DNA from: Pseudomonadota bacterium
Lineage (GTDB): Bacteria; Pseudomonadota; Gammaproteobacteria; Pseudomonadales; Halomonadaceae
DNA: 64,000 nucleotides
Assembly: GCA_051748005.1 (NCBI GenBank)
Contig: JBNJGW010000004.1
Coordinates: 211 to 64,210, forward strand
Direction of reading: 5' to 3'
In this document: one piece after another, positions 11,784 to 28,000 of the stretch
Position numbering within the stretch: position 1 is the stretch's first letter
How the letters are laid out: every line of letters begins with the position of its first letter
Notes under the pieces: generated by a model
What the model saw: only the letters and a program-made list of their open reading frames with translations
Told to the model about the DNA's origin: nothing
Database searches by the model: none
Translations under genes and position numbers: made by a program

Positions 11784-12485
11784 TTACTTGGAACCTTTCT
11801 TCTTGGGCGCGTTGCCGGCGGGCTGTTGCTTGGCCCTGGCACGTACTTCCTCGATACCGCCGAGGATTTCACCCTTGAAGATCCACACTTTGACGCCGAT
11901 AACGCCGTAGGTGGTGTGAGCTTCGTAAGTGGCGTAGTCGATATCCGCGCGCAACGTGTGCAGCGGAACACGACCTTCGCGGTACCATTCAGTACGTGCG
12001 ATTTCAGCACCACCCAAGCGGCCTGACAGCTGGATCTTGATACCGCCAGCACCGAGACGCATCGCGTTCTGTACCGCACGCTTCATAGCGCGGCGGAACA
12101 TGACACGGCGTTCGAGCTGACCGGCAACGTTAGCAGCTACCAGTTTGGCATCCAGTTCCGGCTTGCGAACTTCTTCGATGTTCACATGGACCGGTACGCC
12201 CATCATCTCGCCGAGATCACGACGTAGACGATCAACGTCTTCACCCTTCTTGCCAATCACGATACCCGGACGGGCAGTGTGAATGGTGATACGGGCGTTG
12301 TTAGCTGGACGCTCGATATTAATGCGGCTCACGGAGGCGTTTTTCAGACGCTCTTCCAGGAAGCTACGCACTGCGAGATCGTTATTGAGCTTATCGGCGT
12401 AAGCGCCGCGCTCGGCATACCAGACAGAAGCATGGTCTTTGACGATGCCCAGTCGAATGCCTGTTGGATTGACTTTCTGACCCAT
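11784..12485 (-). CDS. rpsC: 30S ribosomal protein uS3
   Basis: [38 protein letters not shown]. Confidence 0.99.
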   Translation of the reverse strand: MGQKVNPTGIRLGIVKDHASVWYAERGAYADKLNNDLAVRSFLEERLKNASVSRINIERPANNARITIHTARPGIVIGKKGEDVDRLRRDLGEMMGVPVHVNIEEVRKPELDAKLVAANVAGQLERRVMFRRAMKRAVQNAMRLGAGGIKIQLSGRLGGAEIARTEWYREGRVPLHTLRADIDYATYEAHTTYGVIGVKVWIFKGEILGGIEEVRARAKQQPAGNAPKKKGSK

Positions 12486-12496
12486 CTGGTCGACTC

Positions 12497-12829
12497 CTAC
12501 TTCTCGGCTACCTTGACGGTGATGTGACAGGTGCGCTTCAAGATACGATCCGCACGCCCTTTGGCACGCGGCTTGATACGCTTGAGCGTCATGCCCTCAT
12601 CGACGCAGATGGTCGATACACGCAGCTCGTCGATATCCATGCCGTTATTTTCTTCCGCGTTTGCAATGGCGGACTGCAGCACTTTCTTGACCAGTTTGGC
12701 AGCCTTCTTCGGTGAGAAGGTCAGCAGGTCGAGTGCCTCGGCGACCGGTTTACCGCGCACCTGGTCAGCCACCAAACGGGCCTTCTGGGCGGATAAACGA
12801 GCGCCACGCAACTTAGCTGTGACTTCCAT
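12497..12829 (-). CDS. rplV: 50S ribosomal protein uL22
   Basis: [21 protein letters not shown]. Confidence 0.99.
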   Translation of the reverse strand: MEVTAKLRGARLSAQKARLVADQVRGKPVAEALDLLTFSPKKAAKLVKKVLQSAIANAEENNGMDIDELRVSTICVDEGMTLKRIKPRAKGRADRILKRTCHITVKVAEK

Positions 12830-12847
12830 CTCTCAATCCTCTCTGGC

Positions 12848-13123
12848 TTACCGTTTGGCTTTCTTGTCCGCTACGTGCCCACGGTAAGTGCGGGTGGCAG
12901 CGAATTCGCCTAGCTTGTGACCAACCATTTCCTCGGAAACATGCACCGGGACGTGTTGGCGACCGTTATGTACTGCAATGGTCAGACCTACCATGTTCGG
13001 TAGAATCATCGAACGACGCGACCAGGTCTTGATCGGTTTACGGTCGTTCTTTTCCACTGCAACCTCGACCTTCTTCAAAAGATGAAGGTCAATAAAGGGA
13101 CCTTTCTTTAGTGAACGTGGCAC
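12848..13123 (-). CDS. rpsS: 30S ribosomal protein uS19
   Basis: [19 protein letters not shown]; GTG start. Confidence 0.99.
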   Translation of the reverse strand: MPRSLKKGPFIDLHLLKKVEVAVEKNDRKPIKTWSRRSMILPNMVGLTIAVHNGRQHVPVHVSEEMVGHKLGEFAATRTYRGHVADKKAKR

Positions 13124-13156
13124 AGCCGTTACCTCTTAATTTCTTGGCAAGTTCAA

Positions 13157-13984
13157 TCACCGAGCCTTACGGCGACGGATGATCAGTTTGTCGGTGCGCT
13201 TGTTCTTACGCGTCTTATGACCCTTGGTCGGGACACCCCATGGCGTGACCGGATGACGGCCACCACTGGTGCGGCCTTCACCACCACCGTGCGGGTGGTC
13301 TACCGGGTTCATCGCAACACCGCGAACGGTGGGACGTACGCCTCTCCAGCGCTTCGCACCGGCCTTGCCAAGTTGACGCAGGCTGTGCTCAGAGTTACTT
13401 ACTTCACCCAGGGTCGCGCGGCACTCGGCCAACACTTTACGCATTTCGCCGGAGCGAAGGCGCAAGGTAGCGTAGTTACCTTCACGTGCCACCAGCTGGG
13501 CGCTAGTACCGGCGCTGCGAGCAATCTGCGCACCTTTACCCGGCTTGAGCTCGATACCGTGAACGGTAGAACCCAGCGGGATGTTACGCAGCGGCAAAGC
13601 ATTGCCTTTCCTGATCGGCGCGTTAACACCAGATTCCAGCACGTCACCCGCGCTGACACCTTTCGGTGCAATGATGTAACGACGCTCACCATCGGCATAC
13701 TTCAGCAGCGCAATGTGCGCACTGCGGTTGGGATCATGTTCCAGACGCTCAACGGTGGCTGGAATGCCATCCTTGGTGCGTTTGAAATCGATCAGCCGAT
13801 AGTGCTGACGGTGACCACCGCCCACGTGGCGGGTAGTGATGCGACCGTAGTTATTACGACCACCGGACTTGGACTGCTTTTCCAGAAGCGGTGCATAGGC
13901 ACGGCCCTTGTAAAGCGTCTCGCCAACAATCTTAACGACGTGGCGACGACCGGCGGATGTGGGTTTGGTCTTGACGATTGCCAT
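13157..13984 (-). CDS. rplB: 50S ribosomal protein uL2
   Basis: [19 protein letters not shown]. Confidence 0.99.
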   Translation of the reverse strand: MAIVKTKPTSAGRRHVVKIVGETLYKGRAYAPLLEKQSKSGGRNNYGRITTRHVGGGHRQHYRLIDFKRTKDGIPATVERLEHDPNRSAHIALLKYADGERRYIIAPKGVSAGDVLESGVNAPIRKGNALPLRNIPLGSTVHGIELKPGKGAQIARSAGTSAQLVAREGNYATLRLRSGEMRKVLAECRATLGEVSNSEHSLRQLGKAGAKRWRGVRPTVRGVAMNPVDHPHGGGEGRTSGGRHPVTPWGVPTKGHKTRKNKRTDKLIIRRRKAR

Positions 13985-14001
13985 TATCCGTACTCCTGCC
14001 C

Positions 14002-14298
14002 TTATTCGGCGCCAGAGAAGTCTTCGAGCGTTTCGCCCGCGGCCAGGGTGACATACGCTTTGCGATACCCTTTACGCATGCCAACGCCATTTGCGGTACG
14101 CTTCGTCTTACCCTTGACATTCAGCGTCTGAACACTGGCGACTTTCTTGTCGAACAGTGCTTCAACCGCTTTTTTGATCTCGGGCTTGGTAGCGTCGCTC
14201 GCCACCTTGAAAACGTACTGATTGCGCTCAGCTGCCATCGCGGCCTTTTCGGTCACGTGCGGCCCGAGCAGAACCTTGAATACGCGTTCCTGGTTCAT
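14002..14298 (-). CDS. rplW: 50S ribosomal protein uL23
   Basis: [24 protein letters not shown]. Confidence 0.99.
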   Translation of the reverse strand: MNQERVFKVLLGPHVTEKAAMAAERNQYVFKVASDATKPEIKKAVEALFDKKVASVQTLNVKGKTKRTANGVGMRKGYRKAYVTLAAGETLEDFSGAE

Positions 14299-14900
14299 GC
14301 CAGCTTCTCCTCGAATTTACGCAGGGCGGAGACGGTGACCAACACCTTGTCAAAGGCGACCAGGCTCACCGGGTCAGCAGCAGCAACATCCACCACATCA
14401 ACATGCGGAAGGTTGCGTGCGGCCAGATAGAGCTTCTCGTCAACTTCTTCAGTGACGATCAGGACCTTTTCCAGATCCAACTCTTTCAGCTTGGCAGCGA
14501 CCTGCTTGGTCTTGGGCGCATCAACGAGAAACTCTTCCACTGCCACCAGACGCTCTTGACGAACGAGCTCGGACAGGATGGAGCGCATCGCTGCGCGGTA
14601 CATTTTGCGGTTAACTTTCTGGCTGTGGTCCTGAGGACTCGCCGCGAAAGTTACGCCACCACTGCGCCACAGCGGGGAACGAATGGTACCGGCACGTGCA
14701 CGGCCAGTACCTTTTTGACGCCATGGCTTCTTACCACCACCACGTACGTCAGAGCGATTCTTCTGAGCGCGCGTTCCCTGACGACCGCCGGCCAGATAAG
14801 CCGTGACCACCTGGTGAACCAGCGCTTCATTGAATTCATTGCCAAATGTGGCGTCGGCTACTTCAACGGTACCCGCACCTGCAGCAAGATTCAGATTCAT
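14295..14900 (-). CDS. rplD: 50S ribosomal protein uL4
   Basis: [25 protein letters not shown]. Confidence 0.99.
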   Translation of the reverse strand: MNLNLAAGAGTVEVADATFGNEFNEALVHQVVTAYLAGGRQGTRAQKNRSDVRGGGKKPWRQKGTGRARAGTIRSPLWRSGGVTFAASPQDHSQKVNRKMYRAAMRSILSELVRQERLVAVEEFLVDAPKTKQVAAKLKELDLEKVLIVTEEVDEKLYLAARNLPHVDVVDVAAADPVSLVAFDKVLVTVSALRKFEEKLA

Positions 14901-14914
14901 TGGTAAACTCCCCT

Positions 14915-15553
14915 TCAGCCTGCTTTCACGGCGCTGCGAACGATGACATTACTGCCGGTTGCGCCCGGTACAGCACCCTTGATGAGCAGCAAGTTACGCT
15001 CGGCATCGACGCGCACGATCTCAAGGCTCTGAACGGTGCAGCGGACATTGCCCATCTGACCGGCCATCTTTTTGCCCTTGAATACACGCCCAGGAGTTTG
15101 ACACATACCAATGGAGCCCGGCGCGCGGTGCGACAGAGAGTTACCATGAGTATTGTCTTGGGTACGGAAGTTCCAGCGCTTAACAGCACCCTGGAAACCT
15201 TTACCCTTGGAGGTACCGGTCACGTCAATCTTCTGACCAGCTTCAAAGAGGGATACGGTGAGTTCGCCGCCCACTTCAGGAGCCTGCTCGCCTTCTTCAA
15301 GACGAAACTCCATCAAGGAACGACCAGCCTCAACACCTGCCTTGGCAAACTGACCCGCTTGCGCTTTGGTGAGGTGCTTGGCTTTACGAGAGCCTGTTGT
15401 TACCTGAACCGCTGCGTAACCGTCAGTCTCAACTGACTTGACGCGCGTTACGCGGTTAGGATCAACTTCAATAACGGTTACGGGCACAGATGCACCGTCT
15501 TCGGTAAAGACGCGGGTCATCCCGGCCTTAGTACCGACCAAACCGATAGTCAT
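14915..15553 (-). CDS. rplC: 50S ribosomal protein uL3
   Basis: [32 protein letters not shown]; SD AGGAGA at 15561-15566. Confidence 0.99.
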   Translation of the reverse strand: MTIGLVGTKAGMTRVFTEDGASVPVTVIEVDPNRVTRVKSVETDGYAAVQVTTGSRKAKHLTKAQAGQFAKAGVEAGRSLMEFRLEEGEQAPEVGGELTVSLFEAGQKIDVTGTSKGKGFQGAVKRWNFRTQDNTHGNSLSHRAPGSIGMCQTPGRVFKGKKMAGQMGNVRCTVQSLEIVRVDAERNLLLIKGAVPGATGSNVIVRSAVKAG

Positions 15554-15567
15554 TCTCAGTTCTCCTA

Positions 15568-15624
15568 TAGTGTACGGGGCTGTCACCCGCTATGGCTGCC
15601 CTTTCCAGAGCATTCCACTAGCAC
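15568..15624 (-). promoter_or_regulatory. 23S rRNA helix 18-20-like element upstream of rplC (candidate ribosomal-protein feedback site)
   Basis: GTGCTAGTGGAATGCTCTGGAAAGGGCAGCCATAGCGGGTGACAGCCCCGTACACTA resembles 23S domain I (recalled sequence); stems UAGUG/CACUA, GCUC/GGGC, GGG/CCC; abuts the SD. Confidence 0.7.
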
Positions 15625-15727
15625 ATTGTGTGGCGCCTCACGGCGCGGCGACTGCTGCTTCTGTTGTCTTGATGCTTAGCCTTTGGGGGCAAGCCAGTAA
15701 GCGCTGGGTCGCAAGTGTCTAGTGTAG

Positions 15728-16039
15728 TTAGTCGAGCTTGATTTGCACGTCTACGCCAGCAGCGAGATCGAGCTTCATCAGGGCATCAACTGTTTTCTCA
15801 GTAGGCTCAACAATGTCGAGCACACGCTTATGGGTACGAATCTCATACTGGTCACGCGCGTCCTTGTTGACGTGCGGAGAGATCAGTATGGTATAACGCT
15901 CACGATTGGTCGGGAGCGGAATCGGACCACGAACCTGAGCACCAGTACGCTTTGCGGTATCAACAATCTCCGCAGTGGACTGGTCGATCAGGCGATGATC
16001 GAACGCTTTCAACCGAATGCGAATCTTCTGGTTCTGCAT
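15728..16039 (-). CDS. rpsJ: 30S ribosomal protein uS10 (NusE)
   Basis: [41 protein letters not shown]. Confidence 0.99.
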   Translation of the reverse strand: MQNQKIRIRLKAFDHRLIDQSTAEIVDTAKRTGAQVRGPIPLPTNRERYTILISPHVNKDARDQYEIRTHKRVLDIVEPTEKTVDALMKLDLAAGVDVQIKLD

Positions 16040-16103
16040 TAGCCCTAAACTCCAATGGATGTCGACGGCGCGAGCCGTCTACCCACGCATTCAAAGGATG
16101 CGC

Positions 16104-16132
16104 ATTATAGGCACAGCGATAGCGCATGTCAA
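16104..16132 (-). promoter_or_regulatory. S10 operon sigma70 promoter (perfect consensus)
   Basis: TTGACA-17 bp-TATAAT followed by GC-rich discriminator GCGC. Confidence 0.92.
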
Positions 16133-16153
16133 ACATTTGCTTTCACTGCGCAG

Positions 16154-16180
16154 AAAAGGGGGCTCTTGAAGAGCCCCCTT
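16154..16180 (-). terminator. Terminator of the str operon (after tuf)
   Basis: AAGGGGGCTC-TTCAA-GAGCCCCCTT-TTC. Confidence 0.85.
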
Positions 16181-16198
16181 GGGTACTTCCGGGTCTAT

Positions 16199-17392
16199 TT
16201 ACTGAACGATCTTGGCAACAACGCCAGCACCAACAGTACGACCACCTTCACGGATAGCGAAACGCAGACCGTCATCCATCGCGATCGGTGCAATCAGGGT
16301 AACAACCATTTTAACGTTGTCGCCCGGCATGACCATCTCGACGCCTTCCGGCAGTTCACAGGTACCGGTTACGTCAGTGGTACGGAAGTAGAACTGCGGA
16401 CGGTAGCCCTTGAAGAAAGGCGTATGACGACCACCTTCTTCCTTGGACAGTACGTACACTTCTGCTTCGAAGGTAGTGTGCGGGTTGATGGTGCCCGGCT
16501 TGGCCAGAACCTGACCACGCTCGACGTCATCACGCTTGGTACCACGCAGCAGGGCGCCAACGTTCTCGCCAGCACGACCTTCGTCGAGCAGCTTGCGGAA
16601 CATTTCAACACCGGTAACGATGGTTTTGGTGGTGTCGCGGATACCCACGATTTCCACTTCTTCACCGGCCTTGACAACACCGCGCTCTACACGACCGGTA
16701 ACAACAGTACCACGGCCAGAGATAGAGAAGACGTCTTCGATCGGCATCAGGAACGGCTGGTCGATAGCGCGTTCCGGCTCCGGGATGTACTCGTCCATTG
16801 CCTTGATCAGGTTGGCAACAGCGGTCGTACCCATGCCGTTCTCGTCTTCACCGTTCAGCGCCATCAGCGCAGAACCGGTGATGATCGGCGTGTCGTCGCC
16901 CGGGAAGTCGTACTCGTCGAGGAGTTCACGAACTTCCATTTCAACCAGCTCAAGCAGCTCTTCGTCATCGACCATGTCAGCCTTGTTCAGGAAGACAACG
17001 ATGAACGGAACGCCAACCTGGCGAGACAGCAGGATGTGCTCGCGAGTCTGCGGCATCGGGCCGTCAGCAGCAGAACATACCAGGATAGCGCCGTCCATCT
17101 GCGCTGCACCGGTGATCATGTTCTTGACGTAGTCAGCGTGCCCCGGGCAGTCGACGTGTGCGTAATGGCGCACTTCAGACTGGTACTCAACGTGAGAAGT
17201 CGCGATGGTGATACCGCGCTCACGCTCTTCCGGAGCATTATCAATGGTGTCGAACTCACGCCAGTCACCGCCGAAAACTTCAGCAGAAACGCGGGTCAGA
17301 GCCGCTGTCAGGGTTGTTTTACCGTGGTCAACGTGACCGATGGTACCAACGTTGACGTGCGGTTTGGAACGTTCAAATTTTTCCTTAGCCAC
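16199..17392 (-). CDS. tuf: Elongation factor Tu
   Basis: [17 protein letters not shown]; GTG start. Confidence 0.99.
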   Translation of the reverse strand: MAKEKFERSKPHVNVGTIGHVDHGKTTLTAALTRVSAEVFGGDWREFDTIDNAPEERERGITIATSHVEYQSEVRHYAHVDCPGHADYVKNMITGAAQMDGAILVCSAADGPMPQTREHILLSRQVGVPFIVVFLNKADMVDDEELLELVEMEVRELLDEYDFPGDDTPIITGSALMALNGEDENGMGTTAVANLIKAMDEYIPEPERAIDQPFLMPIEDVFSISGRGTVVTGRVERGVVKAGEEVEIVGIRDTTKTIVTGVEMFRKLLDEGRAGENVGALLRGTKRDDVERGQVLAKPGTINPHTTFEAEVYVLSKEEGGRHTPFFKGYRPQFYFRTTDVTGTCELPEGVEMVMPGDNVKMVVTLIAPIAMDDGLRFAIREGGRTVGAGVVAKIVQ

Positions 17393-17419
17393 TGCTATAA
17401 CCTCTTTATAAGCTAACGG

Positions 17420-19543
17420 TTAACCGTTTTGATTGATGACGGCTTCTACGACGCTGGAGGGCGCCTCGTCGTATTTCGCGAACTCCATGGAGTAGCTCGC
17501 ACGGCCCTGGGTCTGTGAGCGCAGGTCGGTTGCATAACCAAACATCTCACCCAGCGGCACCATTGCACGGATAACTTTACCTGAAGAGGAGTCATCCATG
17601 CCCTGCACCAAACCGCGACGACGGTTCAGGTCGCCCATGACGTCACCCATAAAGTCCTCGGGAGTCACGACTTCGACCTTCATCACCGGTTCCAGCAACA
17701 CGGCCTTGGCCTTCCTGGCGCCTTCTTTGATTGCCATGGAAGAGGCAACCTTGAACGCGGTCTCGTTGGAGTCCACGTCATGGTAGGAACCATCGAACAG
17801 CGTTACCTTGACATCAATCATCGGGCAGCCCGCGATGACACCGTTCTTGAGCTGTTCGTAGGCTCCCTTCTCCACCGCAGGGATGTATTCCTTGGGAACC
17901 ACACCACCTACGATTTCCGAAACGAATTTGAAGAAGATTTCATCATCCCCTTCGCCTTTCTCTTCGGCTGTCAGAGGCTCGATGCGCATGACCACATGAC
18001 CATACTGACCGCGACCACCCGACTGACGTACAAACTTGCCTTCCTGTTCAACACTGCCGCGAATGGTTTCGCGGTAGGCCACCTGAGGCTTACCAATATT
18101 GGCATCAACCTTGAACTCACGACGCATACGGTCGACAAGAATATCAAGGTGCAGTTCGCCCATACCGGAAATGATGGTCTGACCAGTCTCTTCGTCGGTT
18201 TTCACCTGGAAGGACGGATCCTCCTGAGCCAACTTGCCCAGTGCAACACCCATCTTTTCCTGGTCAGCCTTGGATTTCGGCTCAACGGCTACCGAAATAA
18301 CCGGATCCGGGAATTCCATACGCTCAAGGACGATCTTGTTGTTGATATCACACAGGGTATCGCCTGTCGTGACATCCTTCAGACCGATACAGGCGGCGAT
18401 GTCGCCCGCACGTACTTCCTTGATCTCTTCACGCGAGTTGGAGTGCATCTGCACGATACGACCGACGCGCTCTTTCTTGCTTTTGACCGAGTTGAAGACA
18501 CCGTCACCTGAATTCAGCACGCCAGAGTAGACGCGAATAAAGGTTAGGGTACCTACGAAGGGGTCGGTTGCAATCTTGAAAGCCAGGGCGGCAAAAGGAG
18601 CACTGTCATCCGCTTCACGGGTATCAACAGTACCGTCCTTGTCGTCAAGCTCACCTTCAATTGCCTTGACTTCTGTCGGTGACGGCATGTATTCGATAAC
18701 GCCATCCAGCACTGCCTGAACGCCCTTGTTCTTGAAGGCCGAACCACAGGTCACCAGGACGATATCGTTAGCCAGGGTACGCGCGCGCAGACCCGCCTTG
18801 ATCTCTTCAACGGTCAGTTCGCCGCCTTCAAGGTACTTGTCCATCAACTCGTCAGTACCTTCGGCAGCCGCTTCGACCATTTCTTCGCGGTACTTCTCAG
18901 CTGTTTCCTGCAGCTCTGCCGGAATATCGGCAAGCTCGTAGTTCATGCCCAGGCTGGCTTCATCCCACAGGATGGCCTTCATCTGGATCAGGTCGATAAC
19001 GCCCTTGAAGTCTTCTTCCGTGCCCCAGTTGATCTGGATCGGCACGGCTTTGGCGCCCAGACGCTCTTTCAGCTGGTCAACCACCATGAAGAAATCAGCG
19101 CCGGTACGGTCCATCTTGTTGACGAAGACCATGCGCGGAACTTCATACTTGTTAGCCTGACGCCAGACGGTTTCCGTCTGCGGCTGAACACCGGATGAAC
19201 CACACAGAACCACGACAGCACCATCAAGAACACGCAAGGAACGCTCAACTTCGATCGTGAAGTCTACGTGCCCCGGTGTATCGATGATGTTGATGCGGTG
19301 CTCAGGAAACTGCTTGTCCATGCCCTGCCAGAAACAGGTGGTCGCAGCAGAAGTAATGGTAATACCACGCTCCTGCTCCTGCTCCATCCAGTCCATGGTG
19401 GCCGCACCATCATGAACCTCACCCACCTTGTGTGACAGGCCGGTGTAAAACAGTACACGCTCGGTTGTCGTGGTTTTACCCGCGTCAACGTGCGCGACGA
19501 TACCGATATTACGGTAACGATTTAATGGGGTCTTGCGTGCCAC
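17420..19543 (-). CDS. fusA: Elongation factor G
   Basis: GTG start ([15 protein letters not shown]) after GGAG; [17 protein letters not shown]. Confidence 0.99.
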   Translation of the reverse strand: MARKTPLNRYRNIGIVAHVDAGKTTTTERVLFYTGLSHKVGEVHDGAATMDWMEQEQERGITITSAATTCFWQGMDKQFPEHRINIIDTPGHVDFTIEVERSLRVLDGAVVVLCGSSGVQPQTETVWRQANKYEVPRMVFVNKMDRTGADFFMVVDQLKERLGAKAVPIQINWGTEEDFKGVIDLIQMKAILWDEASLGMNYELADIPAELQETAEKYREEMVEAAAEGTDELMDKYLEGGELTVEEIKAGLRARTLANDIVLVTCGSAFKNKGVQAVLDGVIEYMPSPTEVKAIEGELDDKDGTVDTREADDSAPFAALAFKIATDPFVGTLTFIRVYSGVLNSGDGVFNSVKSKKERVGRIVQMHSNSREEIKEVRAGDIAACIGLKDVTTGDTLCDINNKIVLERMEFPDPVISVAVEPKSKADQEKMGVALGKLAQEDPSFQVKTDEETGQTIISGMGELHLDILVDRMRREFKVDANIGKPQVAYRETIRGSVEQEGKFVRQSGGRGQYGHVVMRIEPLTAEEKGEGDDEIFFKFVSEIVGGVVPKEYIPAVEKGAYEQLKNGVIAGCPMIDVKVTLFDGSYHDVDSNETAFKVASSMAIKEGARKAKAVLLEPVMKVEVVTPEDFMGDVMGDLNRRRGLVQGMDDSSSGKVIRAMVPLGEMFGYATDLRSQTQGRASYSMEFAKYDEAPSSVVEAVINQNG

Positions 19544-19673
19544 GGTGGTAGCTCCCGTTGGTTGGCGATGCTCGAAAACTGGCTGCAACTGGGTGTTTAT
19601 ATGCCAATGCCGCCACCCGGTGGATGACGGCGCCTGATACATAGATGACTCAGCACCAGCCTAGGCAGCGAGC

Positions 19674-20220
<547 letters not shown>

Positions 20221-20298
20221 AGACCAACAAAAATTCAGTTATCGCTTTAATAAACTACGTCTTGTCCGCTTCATCTATCTGACACAGTCAGAAAGATC

Positions 20299-20673
20299 TT
20301 ACGACTTGGGACGCTTGGTACCGTACTTGGAACGGCCCTGCTTACGGTTTTGAACACCAGAGGTATCCAAAGCACCGCGAACGGTGTGATAGCGCACACC
20401 TGGCAAATCCTTTACACGGCCGCCACGAATCAGGACAACAGAGTGTTCCTGAAGGTTGTGGCCTTCACCGCCGATATAGGAAGACACTTCGAAACCGTTG
20501 GTAAGGCGCACACGGCAGACCTTACGCAGGGCCGAGTTCGGCTTCTTCGGGGTAGTAGTATAAACGCGGGTGCAAACACCACGCTTTTGCGGGCATGCCT
20601 GAAGCGCCGGCACGTCACTTTTTGTGACCGGGCGCTTGCGCGGCTTGCGCACGAGCTGATTAATCGTTGCCAT
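20299..20673 (-). CDS. rpsL: 30S ribosomal protein uS12
   Basis: [32 protein letters not shown]. Confidence 0.99.
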   Translation of the reverse strand: MATINQLVRKPRKRPVTKSDVPALQACPQKRGVCTRVYTTTPKKPNSALRKVCRVRLTNGFEVSSYIGGEGHNLQEHSVVLIRGGRVKDLPGVRYHTVRGALDTSGVQNRKQGRSKYGTKRPKS

Positions 20674-20749
20674 AGCTGTAGCTGACTCCAATGGTTGCCT
20701 TGCCTTACAGTGAGTACGGGCGAACCCACCCCACTATTGAAGGCTGCGC

Positions 20750-20779
20750 ATTCTAATCGTTATGCCCGGGTAACGTCAA
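20750..20779 (-). promoter_or_regulatory. str operon sigma70 promoter
   Basis: TTGACG-18 bp-TAGAAT followed by GCGCAGCC discriminator. Confidence 0.75.
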
Positions 20780-20813
20780 GAGCAACTTGACCGCCAGCCC
20801 GGGCACAACAGGT

Positions 20814-25028
<4,215 letters not shown>

Positions 25029-25038
25029 TGGACAGCTC

Positions 25039-28000
25039 CTAGCTCTCTAACTCGATATCGATGCCCAGCGAGCGGATTTCCTTCACCAGTACGTTGAAGG
25101 ATTCCGGCATGCCTGCCTGCATGGTGTGGTCGCCATCCACGATGTTCTTGTACATCTTGGTGCGGCCTTCGACGTCGTCCGATTTGACGGTGAGCATTTC
25201 CTGCAGCGTGTACGCGGCGCCATAAGCTTCCAGTGCCCACACTTCCATCTCACCGAAACGCTGACCACCGAACTGCGCCTTACCACCCAACGGCTGCTGG
25301 GTTACCAGTGAGTAGGAGCCGGTAGAACGGGCGTGCATCTTGTCGTCTACCAAGTGGTTCAACTTCAGCATGTACATGTAACCGACGGTCACCGGGCGAT
25401 CAAAGGACTCGCCGGTACGTCCGTCATAAAGGGTCATCTGGCCGGAATCCGGAATATCCGCCAGGCGTAGCAGATGCTTGATCTCGTGCTCCTGAGCACC
25501 ATCAAAGACAGGCGTTGCCATGGGCACACCGCCCTTGAGGTTTTTCGCCAGCGCAATCACTTCCTCATCGGTCAGCGAACTGATGTCCTCTATCCGCGTG
25601 CCCGGCGTGTTGTAGATCTGGCCAAGGAAGTCACGAATTTCTGCGACCTGCTGTTCACGGGCGTCACGCAGCATGGCATCAATCTTCATGCCAAGGCCAC
25701 GGGCGGCCATGCCCAGGTGGGTTTCAAGAATCTGACCGACGTTCATCCGCGACGGTACACCCAAGGGGTTCAGTACCACATCGACCGGCTCACCGTTATC
25801 ATCAAACGGCATGTCCTCGATCGGCATGATCGCTGAGATAACACCCTTGTTACCATGGCGCCCAGCCATCTTGTCACCCGGCTGGATGCGGCGCTTGACG
25901 GCCATGTAGATCTTGACGATCTTGAGTACGCCCGGCGCCAGGTCATCGCCCTGGGTCAGTTTGCGCTTCTTGTCTTCAAAGCGCTCGTCCATTTCCTTGC
26001 GACGGCTCTCAAGCTGCTCATCGGCCTGGGCCAGCAGCTCATTGCAGGATTCATCCTGAATGCGCAGCTTGAACCACTGCTGACGGGGCAGTTCATCCAG
26101 GTAAGCTTCATCGAGCACATCACCTTTCTTGAGCTGCGGGCCGCCATTGACGACTTGACCGATCAGGGTCTGCTTAAGGCGCTCAAAAGTGGCATCTTCG
26201 GCAATCCGGTAGGTTTCCTGCAGATCTTTACGGACTTCATCCAGCTGCATCTGCTCGATGGCGATGGCGCGCGAGTCTTTTTCAACACCATCACGGGTGA
26301 ACACCTGAACGTCAATCACCGTCCCTATCATGCCGGTCGGGGCGCGCAGAGACGTGTCTTTAACATCCGATGCTTTTTCACCGAAGATGGCACGCAGCAG
26401 CTTTTCTTCCGGCGTCAGCTGGGTTTCACCCTTGGGCGTTACCTTACCGACCAGAATATCCCCCGGGCCCACTTCAGCACCGACATAGACCACACCGGCT
26501 TCATCCAGCTTGGAAAGCGCTGATTCACCGACGTTGGGAATATCCGCAGTGATGTCTTCTGGCCCCAACTTGGTGTCCCGCGAGACACAGGTCAGTTCCT
26601 GAATATGGATAGTGGTGAAACGGTCTTCCTGGGCTACCCGCTCGGAAAGCAGGATGGAATCCTCGAAGTTGTAACCGTTCCAGGGCATGAAGGCGATACG
26701 CATGTTCTGGCCCAGCGCAAGATCCCCCATGTCGATGGAAGGACCATCGGCCAGGATGTCACCGCGTGCCACATCATCACCCGGGCGCACAATCGGGCGC
26801 TGGTTCATGCAGGTGTTCTGGTTCGAGCGGGTGTACTTGGTCAGGTTATAGATATCAACACCGGCTTCACCGCCAATGATTTCATCTGCATTGACACGTA
26901 CCACGACGCGACGGGCATCCACTGAATCAATCACGCCGCCTCGCCGTGCAACCGCACAGACACCTGAGTCACGGGCAACAAAGCGCTCCATGCCGGTACC
27001 TACCAGCGGCTTGTCGGCACGCAGGGTGGGAACCGCCTGACGCTGCATGTTCGCACCCATCAAGGCGCGGTTAGCATCATCGTGCTCCAGGAACGGAATC
27101 AACGCCGCTGCCACGGAGACCACCTGACGTGGCGATACGTCCATCAGCGTCACCTGCTCAGGGCGCATGAAGGTCGTCTCACCGCGGTGGCGCACCTGAA
27201 CCAGGTCGTCACTCAGCTTGTTGGTTTCGTCAACGCCCGCCGACGCCTGAGCGATAACGTAGTCACCCTCCTCGATCGCCGAGAGGTGAACGATATCGTC
27301 GGTCACCTGACCCGCATTCACCTTACGGTACGGCGTTTCCAAAAAGCCGTAGCTGTTGGTGTGGCTGTAGGTCGCCAGCGAGTTGATCAGACCGATGTTC
27401 GGGCCTTCCGGCGTTTCGATCGGGCACAGACGGCCATAGTGCGTGGCGTGAACGTCACGCACTTCAAAGCCAGCGCGCTCACGGGTCAGACCACCTGGAC
27501 CGAGCGCAGAGACACGACGCTTGTGGGTAACCTCGGAAAGCGGGTTGTTCTGATCCATGAACTGAGACAGCTGGCTGGAACCGAAGAATTCTTTCACCGC
27601 TGCTGCTACCGGCTTGGCGTTGATGAGATCCTGCGGCATCAGACCTTCGCTTTCCGCCATGGAAAGACGCTCTTTAACCGCGCGCTCAACGCGCACCAGG
27701 CCAACGCGGAACTGGTTTTCGGCCATTTCGCCAACACAGCGAATACGGCGGTTACCCAGGTGATCGATATCGTCAACGTCACCAAAGCCGTTACGGATAT
27801 TGATCAGTTCACGCAGGACATCCAGGATGTCTTTCTTGTCCAGTACGCCAGAACCGGTATCTTCTTCACGACGCAGACGACGGTTGAACTTCATGCGTCC
27901 AACGTTGGACAGGTCGTAGCGGTCTTCAGAGAAGAACAGGTTGTTGAACAGCGTTTCAGCGGCATCCTTGGTGGGCGGTTCGCCCGGGCGCATCATGCGA

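Noticed and set aside
15568-15624. rRNA gene fragment or mis-assembly as the explanation of the 23S-like sequence
   Set aside because: Only ~55 nt, diverged yet still pairing, with its own closing helix, placed exactly at the rplC SD between intact genes; a regulatory mimic fits better, though reads should be checked.
16055-17416. 453-aa plus-strand ORF antisense to tuf, and similar long antisense ORFs over rplB, rpoB, rpoC and rapA
   Set aside because: Shadow ORFs caused by strong codon bias of the real genes; no recognisable motifs.
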